The notes under the pieces were generated by a model that saw only the letters and a program-made list of their open reading frames with translations, made no database searches and had not been told where the DNA came from. Shown here piece by piece: positions 21,801-34,439 of a DNA stretch of 64,000 bases. A program made the position numbers and the translations under genes. Every line of letters starts with the position of its first letter. Position 1 is the first letter of the stretch. The DNA is from Macrostomum lignano (taxonomy: Eukaryota). The DNA lies in the NCBI GenBank assembly GCA_002269645.1, contig NIVC01000934.1, positions 210,166-274,165 on the forward strand, read 5' to 3'.

Positions 21801-24800
21801 AATACAGTTCTTATATAAGCTAGAAATAGAAAGTAGAAACCCAATTACCCAAATGATGCTCAAATTGGTTGAGAAATTTTCTTTTTCTATTTTTTTAATA
21901 ATGAAATTGGTATTTAATAGCAGTGTTTAAGTTTTTTATAGATAAGTACTTAATCAATATTAATACCATTTGCTATATTAACTTTGAAACCTATATGATA
22001 GCCTACATTAAGTGACTAGGTCAATTTATTCTATTATTATTTTTTATTGCAAATTTCCAAGTTATAAGCCAAAACAAGATTCACTTTAAATAAATTAATA
22101 GTAATTTAAAAATGCCAATCTTTAAGAAACAAATAAATAAATTCTATGTAATATATTAATTAGTATTAGTTTGTTTCATAGTAATTGATAAAGAAAAGAC
22201 ATGCATCTTTTTTTATTCATTGCCTATATAAATATATTTGGTCAATACTCTACTTTGCTTGTTATTGATTAGAGATAAGATAAATATTTGGAATTAAATC
22301 GAATTGATTGAATATTTAGTTTGAATTGAAAAGTTGAGAATCTAAATACTGAATAGTTGCTTTGATATAGGATGAAGATTAAGAACAAGTCAAGAGTTAA
22401 GCATTGGTGCTGTTGCTTATAACTTAAAGGAAAAATTAGAAATAAATAGTAACTAGGGCATTAAGGACTAAAAAGTTTGCATTTGAAGAGTAAAAAATAT
22501 GGACTTGTGACTTGTGGGCTTATGGCTTATAAATAAGGGAGGGAATTAAGAATGAGACTATGTGGCATATCCTAAGGAAAGGCATAGCAGGGTTGCTTGA
22601 GTTTAATTTGAGCAGTCATAAGGCTCATTCCATATAAGCATGGTTGTAACATGACAGGTTATTTTTACTTATAAAATGAAATCTAATAATAGAATATACT
22701 AAACCAATATTTTAAATGAAAGATTATTTTGTCTAGAATATATTTATAGAGTTTCATATAGATATCATCATTAGTATAGATGCTATTAAACCTTAAATGA
22801 CACTTATGGTCGTAACGACAGGATTTTTGACATATAGAAACTAAAAGGTAAAAGTCTTATAACATTTTTCATTTTTGATATTTTGCAATACATTTTTTAA
22901 AATTTGACTAAGAACATCTTTAGAAATCATACTCTTTTATTAGAATATATAAACTCAAAAGGCAACAAAGATACAAAAGAAAAGGCAGCCTTATGGTCGT
23001 AACATTATGGTCGTAACATATTTTTTTCTGTCAATTCAGTAACTTTGAGGTACTAATGCATTAAAAATATAATAGATTATTTGGTCACCAATGCTTTTAT
23101 CTGATGATGCAAGTACTATACTTTTATCTATAGTTTGTTTCAACCTTCAAAAGCTTTCTATTTGTTTTTAAAAGGTACAAAATCTTAATGATGTCTTTTG
23201 CTTCGAAAAATGTCCAAATTTTTACAAAAATGACTTTTTGCCAATTGATAACATACTAATCCAACATTTTACCATTCCTTTATTCTTAGATTGTATATAT
23301 TGCACAATATAAACATTTGGTAAAAAAATAGGCTAATTAGGCAATGGCAAGCAAAAATATTGACTTTTTTCTATTTTCCAAATATGTCCATCTTATATGG
23401 AATGAGCCATAAGCACATTTTGTTTGGATTAACTATTTTAGTTTTAGGAGGCTTTGAGACTTTAGGAAAAAGAACATTAAGAATGAACTTTATAGAACAT
23501 GAGGCCAACTCCTCCTTTGGAGGAGAAAAGGGAAGAACTCCTATCACTGGAATTCTATTCCCTGAAATCTATCAGCTGAATTCCATGACCCAAGTCCCAT
23601 CATCCAACTCTGAAGACAAAAAATCCTCTCCATAAAATTGAACACTATCGAAATGCTCTCTGGGAAATAGGACTCAGTCGAAATTTTCTCTATCAAAAAG
23701 AACTCAACTCTCAGGATTCATTAGTTAGGGTTAGGGTTAGAGTTTCCACAGAGCTGCATGTTGAAAGATGCCAATAAAAATATTGAATTAATTGAATAAA
23801 TTGATTGCATAACTAGTTTTTCAGTCAGCCAGTATCAGTCTCAGTTAAAGTTAACAAAATGATTGTGCAATCTAAATCAACCCTCCAATACACAGTGGCA
23901 GTAAACCCTCCCCCCCAACTTTATCTATTACATCTTGCAAAACTGAATACAATCTTTGCAGAAAGTTAAAAGTATAGAAATCATTTTTCAAATGCTGTGC
24001 TTTTCCTTTTTCACATTTAAAGCAAACAACTTATATCCCCAAACTCAGCGTTGCAAGATCTATCCAGCAATATAAGTCTCTCCTCTCTAAGTTCAAAACT
24101 CAAGGAACAATTAGCATCTGAAATTTCCCGATTTCTAGCATTGGAATATTGAGTGTACATTCACTGCTTGCTACAGTGAGAGGCTTGCAAATTTATGCAT
24201 TGAATTTCACTGTCTACCAGTTAGCAAGGCTCCAAGTGTACAAACGCAGCCACTTAGAATGCCCCATCCCCTCTCTGGAGAGAAAATGCACTACCAAGAT
24301 AGGAAAAAGTTGTGGCTTAATCACTCAAAATTGATGCAAATTTTTTTCAGAGCAGAAAAAGTGGCCAAAGAAAGTTAAGAAAGTTTTCTGTTTTTTTTAA
24401 CAAATGATTTTTTAAAATTCAACATCAAAATACCCTATTTGTTGCATAGGAAAATTCTGCATTGATATATATATAAGTCCCGCATTTGAGTTGCCAGCTA
24501 TCTAGGAGATACACATTAAACCTGATTGATCAATTGATCCACTCAGCTTTATATTATAGAACATGAATTTGAAGCACTGTTTCTCACAAACTCAGAGGCC
24601 TAAAGCTGGCATTTGGTCTAGGTATGTTTTATTAGATAAGATTAGTATATAGGATGCAAGCCTAGTGATCAAAGGCTGCTAAATTGAATAAGGCTAGATA
24701 TTAAATATGATGTTGCTTCTAGCAGCAAGTATAGCTAAACATTTTCATACAAATTTAATCATTGCAATGGATGGCTATACCAAAGTGCTTACCAATGTGG

Positions 24801-26518
24801 CAGTTTTCCAAACAATGGAGCAATGAATAGATCATTCATAGAACAATGAAAGTCAGTCCACATTGATAATTGACTTGATAGCAGTTTATTTAGAATGAAT
24901 TTGTTTAACCATCAATTAGTACTACTGACAAGTGACTAATGAGTAGCAAGATAAGTAATTGATTGAAATATTTATTTAGTATTATTTCATATTCAAATCA
25001 TATCAAATTGGTTCAAAAATTCATTTTATCCCATCTTTATTATTGACTCCAGCCACTATAAATTGATTGTATTAATAGCTAGCCAATCAGAGCAAGTATA
25101 AGGTAAATAATACATCATTGTAAAAAGTGTTGATACCAATGATTAGGGGAGGGGTTTAGCAAGTATAGTAGAATTAGGTTAATATATAGTGTTTCACCTA
25201 GATAAATTCAAAATATAGATCATTGATATAGTCTAGATTAGAAAGTGAAGGAAATTGAATAGAAAGAGAAGGAAGAGAAAAAAGATGAGCAATAAAAGGA
25301 AAAAGGACATAAGATGAGGAGAGGGGGGGGGAAAGATAAAAGAAGAAGGGAAAGAACAAAGAACTGAGAAGACAGCTAAGAGTAGGCAAACCTTAAGTGG
25401 GCCATTATAAGTGGGCCTTAAGTGGGCTATTATAAAGTTTCAAAGGACCCCCAATAGCCAAACACAAAATCTTTTTGGTCCATCTGTGGCCTATAGGCCA
25501 GAGTTTATGAACCCCTATACAAGTCCAAGCTTGTGTAATTGAATATTAGAGTTTTTACAATAGAAAGGACAAGCCATTTGTATAATATCACATTGAGTAT
25601 TCTTATATAGATAAATATGTAGATTATAAGTTTGTTTGTAAATAGCCTTATTATTACATTGTTTAGCAATTTGACGATCATTATTCGCATATTTACAAAC
25701 AATGAACAATCATTACTACAAACAATGCATTGTCTATCGGATTGTCAAACAGAAAAACAATGCAAAGAATCAGCAGTCGCAGCATGTGACAACTGACAAC
25801 GATTTGTCTATGGCTCACGCCTACCGGCGCTTGCCAGACAATCGTTGTCACGCATTGGGACCGCTGATTATTTATCCATTGTATGTTGTTTTATTTTAGG
25901 AGGATTCTAATTGAGAATTTGATTTAGTGTGCACCTTAAATGACATATCAAAACATGTTTCAAGACCTTGAGGTATTTTTATGCAGTGACTGGCTCAGTT
26001 CCATTAAAAAGTTTTTCCATTGCTAGTGAAAAAAAACATTTATTTTAACCACTGTTGATTTTTACAATGTTACTAAGGCATAGTTACTAAAGCTATTAAA
26101 AGCACTAAATTTTTAACAAAACTATTATGTTAATTAAAAATTTGCAATGTTTTTCTGGTTTACAATATTATATAAGCATGACTATTAAAATCTATCCAAT
26201 ATTAATTTTTATCAGTATTTTTATTTAAATTTCTATTCCTAAATCAAAGTTTAGACACCTTTGGTATTAATTTATTGATTGAGTTAAAATTTATATATAT
26301 TTTATAGTAAAGCTAATAATAATATTGCTAATTAACTATTACCAGTGATCTACTTAGAATACTTCTTTGTTAAATCTGAATACTGAGTATGGACCAGATT
26401 TATAGAGCTAAATACCTGACAAATTTTAAAACATTAGCACTTAAATTGTGTGAAAATGCTTCCTAAAGTTTCTTCAATTTTAATTATAGTTTATTGTAAT
26501 GATAAAAATTAAGTATGT

Positions 26519-26958
26519 GATTCATCTAGTCATAAGCTGTAGTGATGAGTGATGCTGGCACTGATTCATCTAGTTATCAGCTATAGTGATGAGTCATGCC
26601 AGCACTGATTCATCTAGTCATCAGCTGTAGTGATGAGTGATGCTGGCACTGATTCATCTAGTCATCAGCTGTAGTGATGAGTGATGCTGGCACTGATTCA
26701 TCTAGTCATCAGCTATAGTGATGAGTCATGCCAGCACTGATTCATCTAGTCATCAGCTGTAGTGATGAGTGATGCTGGCACTGATTCATCTAGTCATCAG
26801 CTATAGTGATGAGTCATGCCAGCACTGATTCATCTAGTCATCAGCTATAGTGATGAGTCATGCCAGCACTGATTCATCTAGTCATCAGCTATAGTGATGA
26901 GTCATGCTGGCACTGATTCATCTAGTCATCAGCTGTAGTGATGAGTCATGCCGGCACA
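26519..26958. repeat. 44-bp minisatellite, ~10 copies
   Basis: Unit gattcatctagtcatcagct(g/a)tagtgatgagt(g/c)atgc(tg/ca)gcact. Confidence 0.95.
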
Positions 26959-27170
26959 ATGCACTATTCTACAATTTTGCTTGATTTGGTATTGATTTGC
27001 TTAATTATATTTTAGTCTGTTACAAACCACAGTACAAATACGAGCATTGCCATTGGCCTCTATTTATTTCGATACATATCGGCGCCATCAAACCCGATGC
27101 ACCAGCCAGTCAAGGCGGCCAACCTGCATTCAAGACGAGTCGCGCGCGCCAGCCGCCGCAGCAGCCGGAC

Positions 27171-29662
27171 ATGGGCTCCTCTAACCAGGATGACCCGCTG
27201 CCCAAAGAGGTGTACTCCAGGTGGGCGGACTGGCTGCTAGGCTCCTCGGAGTCTCTGTGGGCCCAGGAGCCGCCGGACCAGCAATGGCCGGACAGCAGCA
27301 AGGAGGAGGACCTGGAGATGCGACTGCCAGCTGAGCTGCTCAGCGACATCAACAATGCCACGGCTGAGCTGCCGCCCACCATGCCGCCGCCGCTGCTGCC
27401 GCCTCCACCTCTGCAGCAACAGCAGCAGCAACAGCAGCCAGTGCAGCTGCCTGCCCACCACCAGCCGCTGATGCCGCCCGGCCCCAGGCCTCTCGAAACC
27501 GGCGGCCATCCGGATCGTCGGGAGCGGACAACGTCGACCAGTTCAGCGGCCACGCGTGCGCTGCGCCTGTCTCAGATTCCTCCGCTGATGCCGCAGCCGC
27601 CGCCCAACGCAGCCAGGCACCAGCCGCATCAGCGCCCAGCCTCCTCCAGCAGCGTTGGCGCCACCGCTGCACCAGTGCGACAGCCGCGCCGACGGCAGAA
27701 CCGGCAGGCGACACCGCCGGCAGCTGTGGCAAACGCCGGGGTGGCTGCCAGCGTCGCGGGCGTCTCCGCGGCGTCGGCACCGGTTTCTGCTGCTGCCAAT
27801 TGCGGTCACTCCGCGACTGCCGGCGCTGCGAACTCCGCGCCGGCCGAAGAGATGCCGCCACCTCCGCCGCCGCCGCCGGCTCCATCAGCGCCGACACCTG
27901 TCGGGCCGGACAGCAGCCGGAAGCCGACCTACTCGGACATCATCAAGAAGCAGAAGGCCGCCGCCGCTGCCGCTGCAGCCGCCGCCGCCACTGCGGCTGC
28001 TTCGAGCTCTGCGGGCTCTGCAGCCGGGTCGCAGGCTGCCTCGTCGCCGAGTCATCAGCGGGCGGCGGCAGGCGACAGCCCAGTCAGGACTCAAGCCGCC
28101 GCTGCCCCAGCAGCACCTGGCAAGCGAGAGGCGTCCGCTGCAGCTGGACCTGCCGCGGTTCGAAATGCCGGCCACCCTGCAGGCGTAAATTCTGGGACTG
28201 CGGCCGCTCAGCCGTCTGGGACCGCGGCAACGCCAGCGGCTCCGAGCTCCAGCGACTCGACCAACTCGACCTCCGTCACCGGGCGGCGCGGCAATCGCCA
28301 GACATCTGCTGGCCGGCCGCTAGCCATCCCGCGCCGCAGGCCACAAAGTCTCAGCATCATCATGCAGTCCAGCCTCCTGGTCCCAATCATCATCATCAAC
28401 AGCAGCAACAGCAGCAGAAGCTGGCCGATGGCGCGCAGCAGCGATCCGCTTCCATAGACTTGTCTCAGCCATCGCCGCTGCCGGCCCAGCCGCTCAGCGG
28501 CAGCAGCGAGGACCGGCGCCAGCAGCAGCTGCTCAACAACGCCAAGCCGTTGCCGCCCGGCCACTGCGGCGGCGGCTCCGCCCCGGCCACCGCCGGCTTC
28601 ATCAACAATCTGCACCGGGGCTCCTGCGACAGCAGCAGCCTGGACGACAGCGCCGGGAGCGGCAGCGGCGTCGGTGGCAGTCGCCAGGCTCTGGCCGGCC
28701 GGCCCAACAGCGCATCCGGCAAGTCCGGTGCGGCGGCTTCAGCGGCCCGGCGTCGGCAGACTGCAGGCGGCGCCTCTTCCGCCTCCACAGGACGGTCCGG
28801 TGGAGCTTCAGGCGGCTCCAGCGCCTCGGGTAGCGGCGGAGGCGGCAGCGGCCTTGTTGAAGGCGCCTCGCTGCTGCTGGTGGCCTTCTTCCAGCTGCTG
28901 CTGTGCTGCGTCCGCTCCCTGGCCGCGGCCGCCGTTGGCCTGGCGCTGTCCTGCCTGGCCTGGTGCCGCCAGCACCGTCAGCAGCGTCGCCGGCGCCGCC
29001 GCCCAGCTTGGCTGCCGGCCGGCCTGCAGGCAAACGTGGAGCTGCCGCTGACCGCCGAGGACACGGTGCGCCGCCTGCTGGCCTGCCAGGACCACCGCGA
29101 CGCCTACAGCGTGCTGGGCGTCAGGCGGGACGCCGAGCAACGGGAGATTGTGCAGCACTACCGGCACCAGCTCCGCCTGCTGCAAGCCGCGCCAGCGGCC
29201 ACCTCACCGGGGGTGCACGAGGCCGCCCAACTGCTGCAGCGCGCCTTCGCCCTGCTGGACGGCCACGCCAACAGGCGCGAATTCGACAGCGGGGCGGCCG
29301 GTGGCCACGCCGACATGGCGCAGCTGGCGGCCGACCTGCAGCTGGCGGTGCACCGCCTGCCCTGCGCCAGGTGCTCCGGCCGGCACCTGTGGCTGCCCAC
29401 CGACCTCAGCCCGCAGGCCGCCCGCTACTGCTCCGCCTGCCGCGTCCGCCACCCGGCCCAGGACGGCGACCTGTGGGCAGAGTCGCGCCTGCTGGGCCTT
29501 CGCCGGGTCTTCCTGGCCTGCCAGGACGGCCGGGTCTGCCAGGTGAACGAGCTGGCCAGGTGCCAAGCTGAGCTGTTCGCCAAGCTGCAGCCCGACTGCC
29601 ACCGCTGCCAGCTGCGCCGGGCCGAGGCAGCCCCGCCCTACCGGTTCGTCTACAGAAAGTAG
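27171..29662 (+). CDS. DNAJC14: DNAJC14/DRIP78/Jiv-like protein: low-complexity N-terminus, TM segment, HPD-less J-like domain and Jiv90 Zn domain; one frameshift at ~28260-28340
   Basis: C-terminal CARCSGRH..ARYCSACRVRHPAQDGDLWAESRLLG matches the Jiv90 signature, preceded by J-like AYSVLGV..EIVQHYR..LQRAFALL. The N-terminal ORF (frame of 26997) must shift -1 to join ORF 27800-29662. The start codon is a best guess. Confidence 0.8.
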
Positions 29663-32600
29663 CGGCGCCTGCCCTCACTCTTGATTGTGTTTTGTAAGAT
29701 TGTGACTGATAATGAATGACAACTAGGAGTCCTCTAGTGGGGCTCGGTTGCAGGCAAATTCCAGTCTTGCCACACGGTCTGGTTTCACAGAATCGAGCTA
29801 GTAAAACGCTATCGCAGGTTTTTTAACTGGAGGATTGTTTATGGAATTTTCCTGCAAACTGGTTGATCCCCCGCCGCTCGGATGGTTCCGCTTTTACTCA
29901 GACTCGAATGCCGCGATGCCCCCCATGGCGCTTAGACACCCGCCTGTGTTTGCTGCCCCCTCCCCTGCTCTGCCTCTGTCTGCTTTTTTCTTACTCAGAC
30001 TTCAGCGCTTTTCTACATCATCTCAATAAGCAAAGCTTGCTACTGCGTCCGCCCCTGGCCCTACGGTTCTGATTAATTATTTATTAATTTGCAGTTAATA
30101 GCCGCCCTCCTCCAGACTGCCCAAGCCGACTGTTTTGCTAGATTCGTAGCGTACATTTCTTACATACAGTAAGCTTTAATCTCACGTCACTAATACTGAT
30201 TAATAATGATAATATTATATAATAATCTGCTTGGCGGACTTGACAGCACAATTGGCCTTTGGCGCTGAGATATTTTTGCTCCGGTTCAACTTGCGCTTAT
30301 TGAGCGGCATTCTGTAATTTTATCTCATATCTGCCTTGCGCGGCTTATGTATACTACTCACCAAATGCCGATTTGTTAGTAGTATGTATCGCCAGGGACA
30401 CTATTATAATAATGATAAAATCTATTTTTACTATTTAGTGCTAAACAGGAAGGTGCCATCCAATGTCAGTGCTCATTGGTCCAGTGCAGTCTAGAGTGCG
30501 CACTCGCCAGAGTAACTTCCCCTCAAGACTGGTTGGTCAGCAGTTCTTCCATCCTTGGTGCAGAATCCGACATCGTCAGCAGCAGAAAGCGGTGGCTTCA
30601 AGCCCTCAGTGCCTTTTGTGTGTGTGTTCGTCCCAAAATAAATCAGTAAGGCAGTAGAGCTCTTTAATTTTTTCGACGTATGTCGATGTGTCAGCCGGCC
30701 TTTTCTCAATATCCCCAGCGAAATGTCCCCTTTCCTGCCGACACTTTTCTCCGTGGTTTTCTGAGTTCATTGTTCTCCTTTTATCTTTTTAACAACTGTT
30801 ATCACACAGCCAGTTTGGGAATTACAATTATATTTCTAAGAAAATTTACACGACGCTTCACTTTAACGGTTGAGGTTTCTGCTCTTCTATTGTTGCATTC
30901 TAAAAACTGAAAATTTGTCTTGCAATTTCCTTTTTTCCGAGCCAAAGTTATAATAAGCTGACCTGCAGACGCTAAAAAATGAGGATCAAAACATAAGCGA
31001 AAATGATGCATATTTTCAAACAGATCCGTTAGACTTGTTTAACATATGATCTCCATTGATTATGTTCATGTAAATCTTCTGTGACTATGTATGGGCATTC
31101 AGACTCATCACAAAATTTTTCGAAAAACATGCCTTTGAAGACTTGAAGACGCAAGAAATTTGAGAAGCAGCGCAACTATTGTCAAGCTCTATACGTTAAT
31201 AAACGGAAAAAACCATTCGGAATATGATTATTCAACGTTTCCTTTTTATTGTGAAAATCTATATTAATAGTTAAAAATTTAAAGATAATTCAAAGTAAGT
31301 TATGAGCTCACTAACGACGCAAGAGAACATGTCTCAAATGAGTTTGTTTTTATCCTACGTTTTAACGCGCTTTTCAAAAAGGACGCTCTCGTCTTCCACG
31401 GCTCGCCCGACACTTCTTTGCGTGCCCTCGGCAATGTTCAAACTGCTGCCTGTTGTGACCTGGAAGTTTTGTGAAAACTGAAGAGTTACAAAGGTTAAGT
31501 CAAAAAGTTTTACAGTAGCCTAATTAAATAGCTAGGAAATGTGTAGTTGTGCTCTGCATCAAGCAGATGTGTATTGAAAAGCTTAGAAGTGACTATGCCA
31601 TTCAAGTTTGGCACCGTGTCAATAATGGGTGTATAACATATAATAGCGTCGGCTAATTAGTATCTTAATGTCATAGGCCTAACTTTATACCACATAATTC
31701 GATATATGGCTTTTTATTATATGTTAATGACTTATTGGCTTATTGCATCATAGGCCTATGCTTGAATGAATATATAAAGTGCAATATCAAGTACCAAGAC
31801 TTCCTTGGTAGTATAGCATTGCTGGCTTTGATCCTTTGCCTGTAACTAAAGCTTTTAGGTGGTTGTAACCTATATTTTCTCTTCAAATTATAAGTCACAT
31901 TGGCATTCTTAGCTGATTAAGTCATTGGTTAATATACTTTGTAGGGAATTGTGGCTGCTTCTATGACTATAGTAGGCACTTCAGTGAGAAAATTAAATTT
32001 CAGAAATTGTTATAGGCTGCTATTTCACTAGATAGATCTTACTTTCCCATTTCCAAAATGGCCAAACTTTAGTGATTTGGTTGAGTAATAAGGAAACTAC
32101 AGCTATTTTAGTAACCCCGATTTGTGCCTTTAGCCAATGGAATTTTTACATTACGGTTTGTGATCATTTTTGGCCAAAAAGTTGGCTTTTTGTCTTTGAA
32201 CACTTGTAATTAATTTTCTAGCCAACCAAAATGACTGTGCTTGGTGTCATTTTGTTCAGTTTTTTAGTGTTAATTGTATGAATTATATATTTTAATATTA
32301 TTTTATATGCCCAAGTTGCTAAGCTAATTGAAACAGGATGGGTGTATGAAATTTTGACTATTTTAACCAGATACGCAATGATTGCAATTTTAAAAATACA
32401 ATAGCATCTGTTCTGCTTGCTTAATTTATACAAGGCTAGTGTCATTTTGTTCAGGTTTTTACCTACTATAATACTATTCTACTTCTTGCCCTAAATTTTT
32501 AATGCATGACAGACACCCCAACTGCAATGTAATGTGCTGTACAGGCTTTGCGCATGGGTTTATTAAAAAACGGTTTTGCCTATCGTGTTCAGCATAGCAG

Positions 32601-34148
32601 AATTAGTTAAATGACACAGAGAACTAGTTTGCCGGAAGGCAGAGTCTCACAAAAAACACGAAATACACGTTTCAATGGGTATTTTACATGTAAACGTATC
32701 AAAAAAAGAAACCTCCACAAAATTTTTGCGCCTATAGCTATTGGCAAGCGGTTTTTTTTACTGTGCTTGTATTGTCAATAGGTAATGAAAAATATAAAGA
32801 GAAACAATGCAGGAAAAGGATTTCATGGAAAATTTTGGATTTGAAATTTTGCATAGAGCCATATGGGCATTAAAAGAAAAAAAAAATTTTTTTTAACACC
32901 AGAAAAATGTTTTTAAATTATCCCTTTACACTATAAAACCTTTGTTTCCATTATAAGAAACACATTGCAGCTAAGAAAAAGCATTTTCTGAACCACTGTT
33001 TTTTTATTCATTTTGGCTTCAATTTTATATTCCTCCTAAAAAATGGTCAACTTTAAAAATAGACAGTGCAAAAAGTATAACAAAGCTAGACTTGCAGTTG
33101 GTGTCATTTGAAAGAGCTCCTTTTTACCTTTTAAATGCATATTTTACTTTCATCCTGGCTTCTATAGTTTCTTTAAAATCGCCCTTGAAAAATTGGACTT
33201 TTTTCTTACTTTTTTGCCATTGGCACGCACTTCTTATAACTCACTGAAGTCCCTAACTATAGCTTACAATGATGAGTGGTAGTGGTAGATAAGCTAAAAT
33301 GCACAGATAGAACTTGATATATTTCTATCCTAGTATATAGAGACTTTGTCTTGCAAAGCAGCCTCAATCTGGGTTTTTTGTCTAGCTTACTAGATATTAA
33401 GTGCAATTTTGCATCTATTCTAAGGTCTAATTTTAAGGTGCAAATTTTAAAAGCAGGGTTTGGCACTACTGCAAGTTATATAACTAAAAAACAAAAATTT
33501 TTGTTATGCTAAGCTATCATTTTTCAGTTTCTTACAAACTTGAAAATTAAATTTAAGAAGCCAAATAATGATTTTTAATATAATAACTATTTTAATACAT
33601 TTTGTTTTATTGACTATTATAGCTCATGAGATATGACTCACTTTGCTTTAATAATTTAACATCATTGGAAACTAGTTTAATTTATTAAAATCTAAATTAC
33701 ATATATCTGAATCAAAATTAAATTTTAAGGACTGAAATCACATTGTGGCTCATATTTTAGGGTGCAATTTTGAATTCTTAGATGCTATTTGTACCAATTT
33801 ATATAAAAAACCAAGGTCTTAATACTATGTTACTCTTTTGCTAATGGCAAAATGGGAGGTTGCAATCAAGGTATTAAAGGTATATGCTTAACTTAGATAG
33901 GCCTAAGTTGAACTTGGCTTCAACAAATTTCTTGTACTAAGATTTGTCTTTGCTTTGTATTTCCCAAGTGTAGGATTTATATAGACTATTGTCTATTACA
34001 AAGCTGCAATATGCCTCAATAGCTTTTATTTCTGCTGATCATCAATTGGCTTATATGACCAGGTAGCTCTAAAACTATGATAGCCTAATGATGTATTGAG
34101 CAGGACTCTTTTTCAGCTGCATTTCATAGTTAATCATATCATTAACTA

Positions 34149-34439
34149 CATACATGCGCAACCTCCAAATTTCGGTCGGCCGTGCGACTTAGTTTTAACA
34201 AAAATGCGACATGTAGTTTTTGGCCAAAAAATGCAACTTACATGTAAAAAAAACCCAAAAGCAAAATTAACGCAACTTTGGGTAAACGGCAGGAGTAACT
34301 ATGACTGTCTTATAAAGCCAAAATGCATCATCAGCTACTTAGTACTACTACTCTGTGTTTTTCGGGTCGGCATTTTTGCGACTTCCTTGGTTGGCCGCCA
34401 AATCGGTCGGCCAGATCGGCTGACTGTTGCGCATGTATG
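34149..34439. mobile_element. hAT-type MITE, 291 bp
   Basis: Perfect 14-bp TIRs CATACATGCGCAAC/GTTGCGCATGTATG; perfect 8-bp TSD attaacta (34141-34148 and 34440-34447); subterminal tcggtcggcc repeats. Confidence 0.9.

Noticed and set aside
23721-23740. TTAGGG telomere-like repeat
   Set aside because: Fewer than 3 units; not an interstitial telomere.
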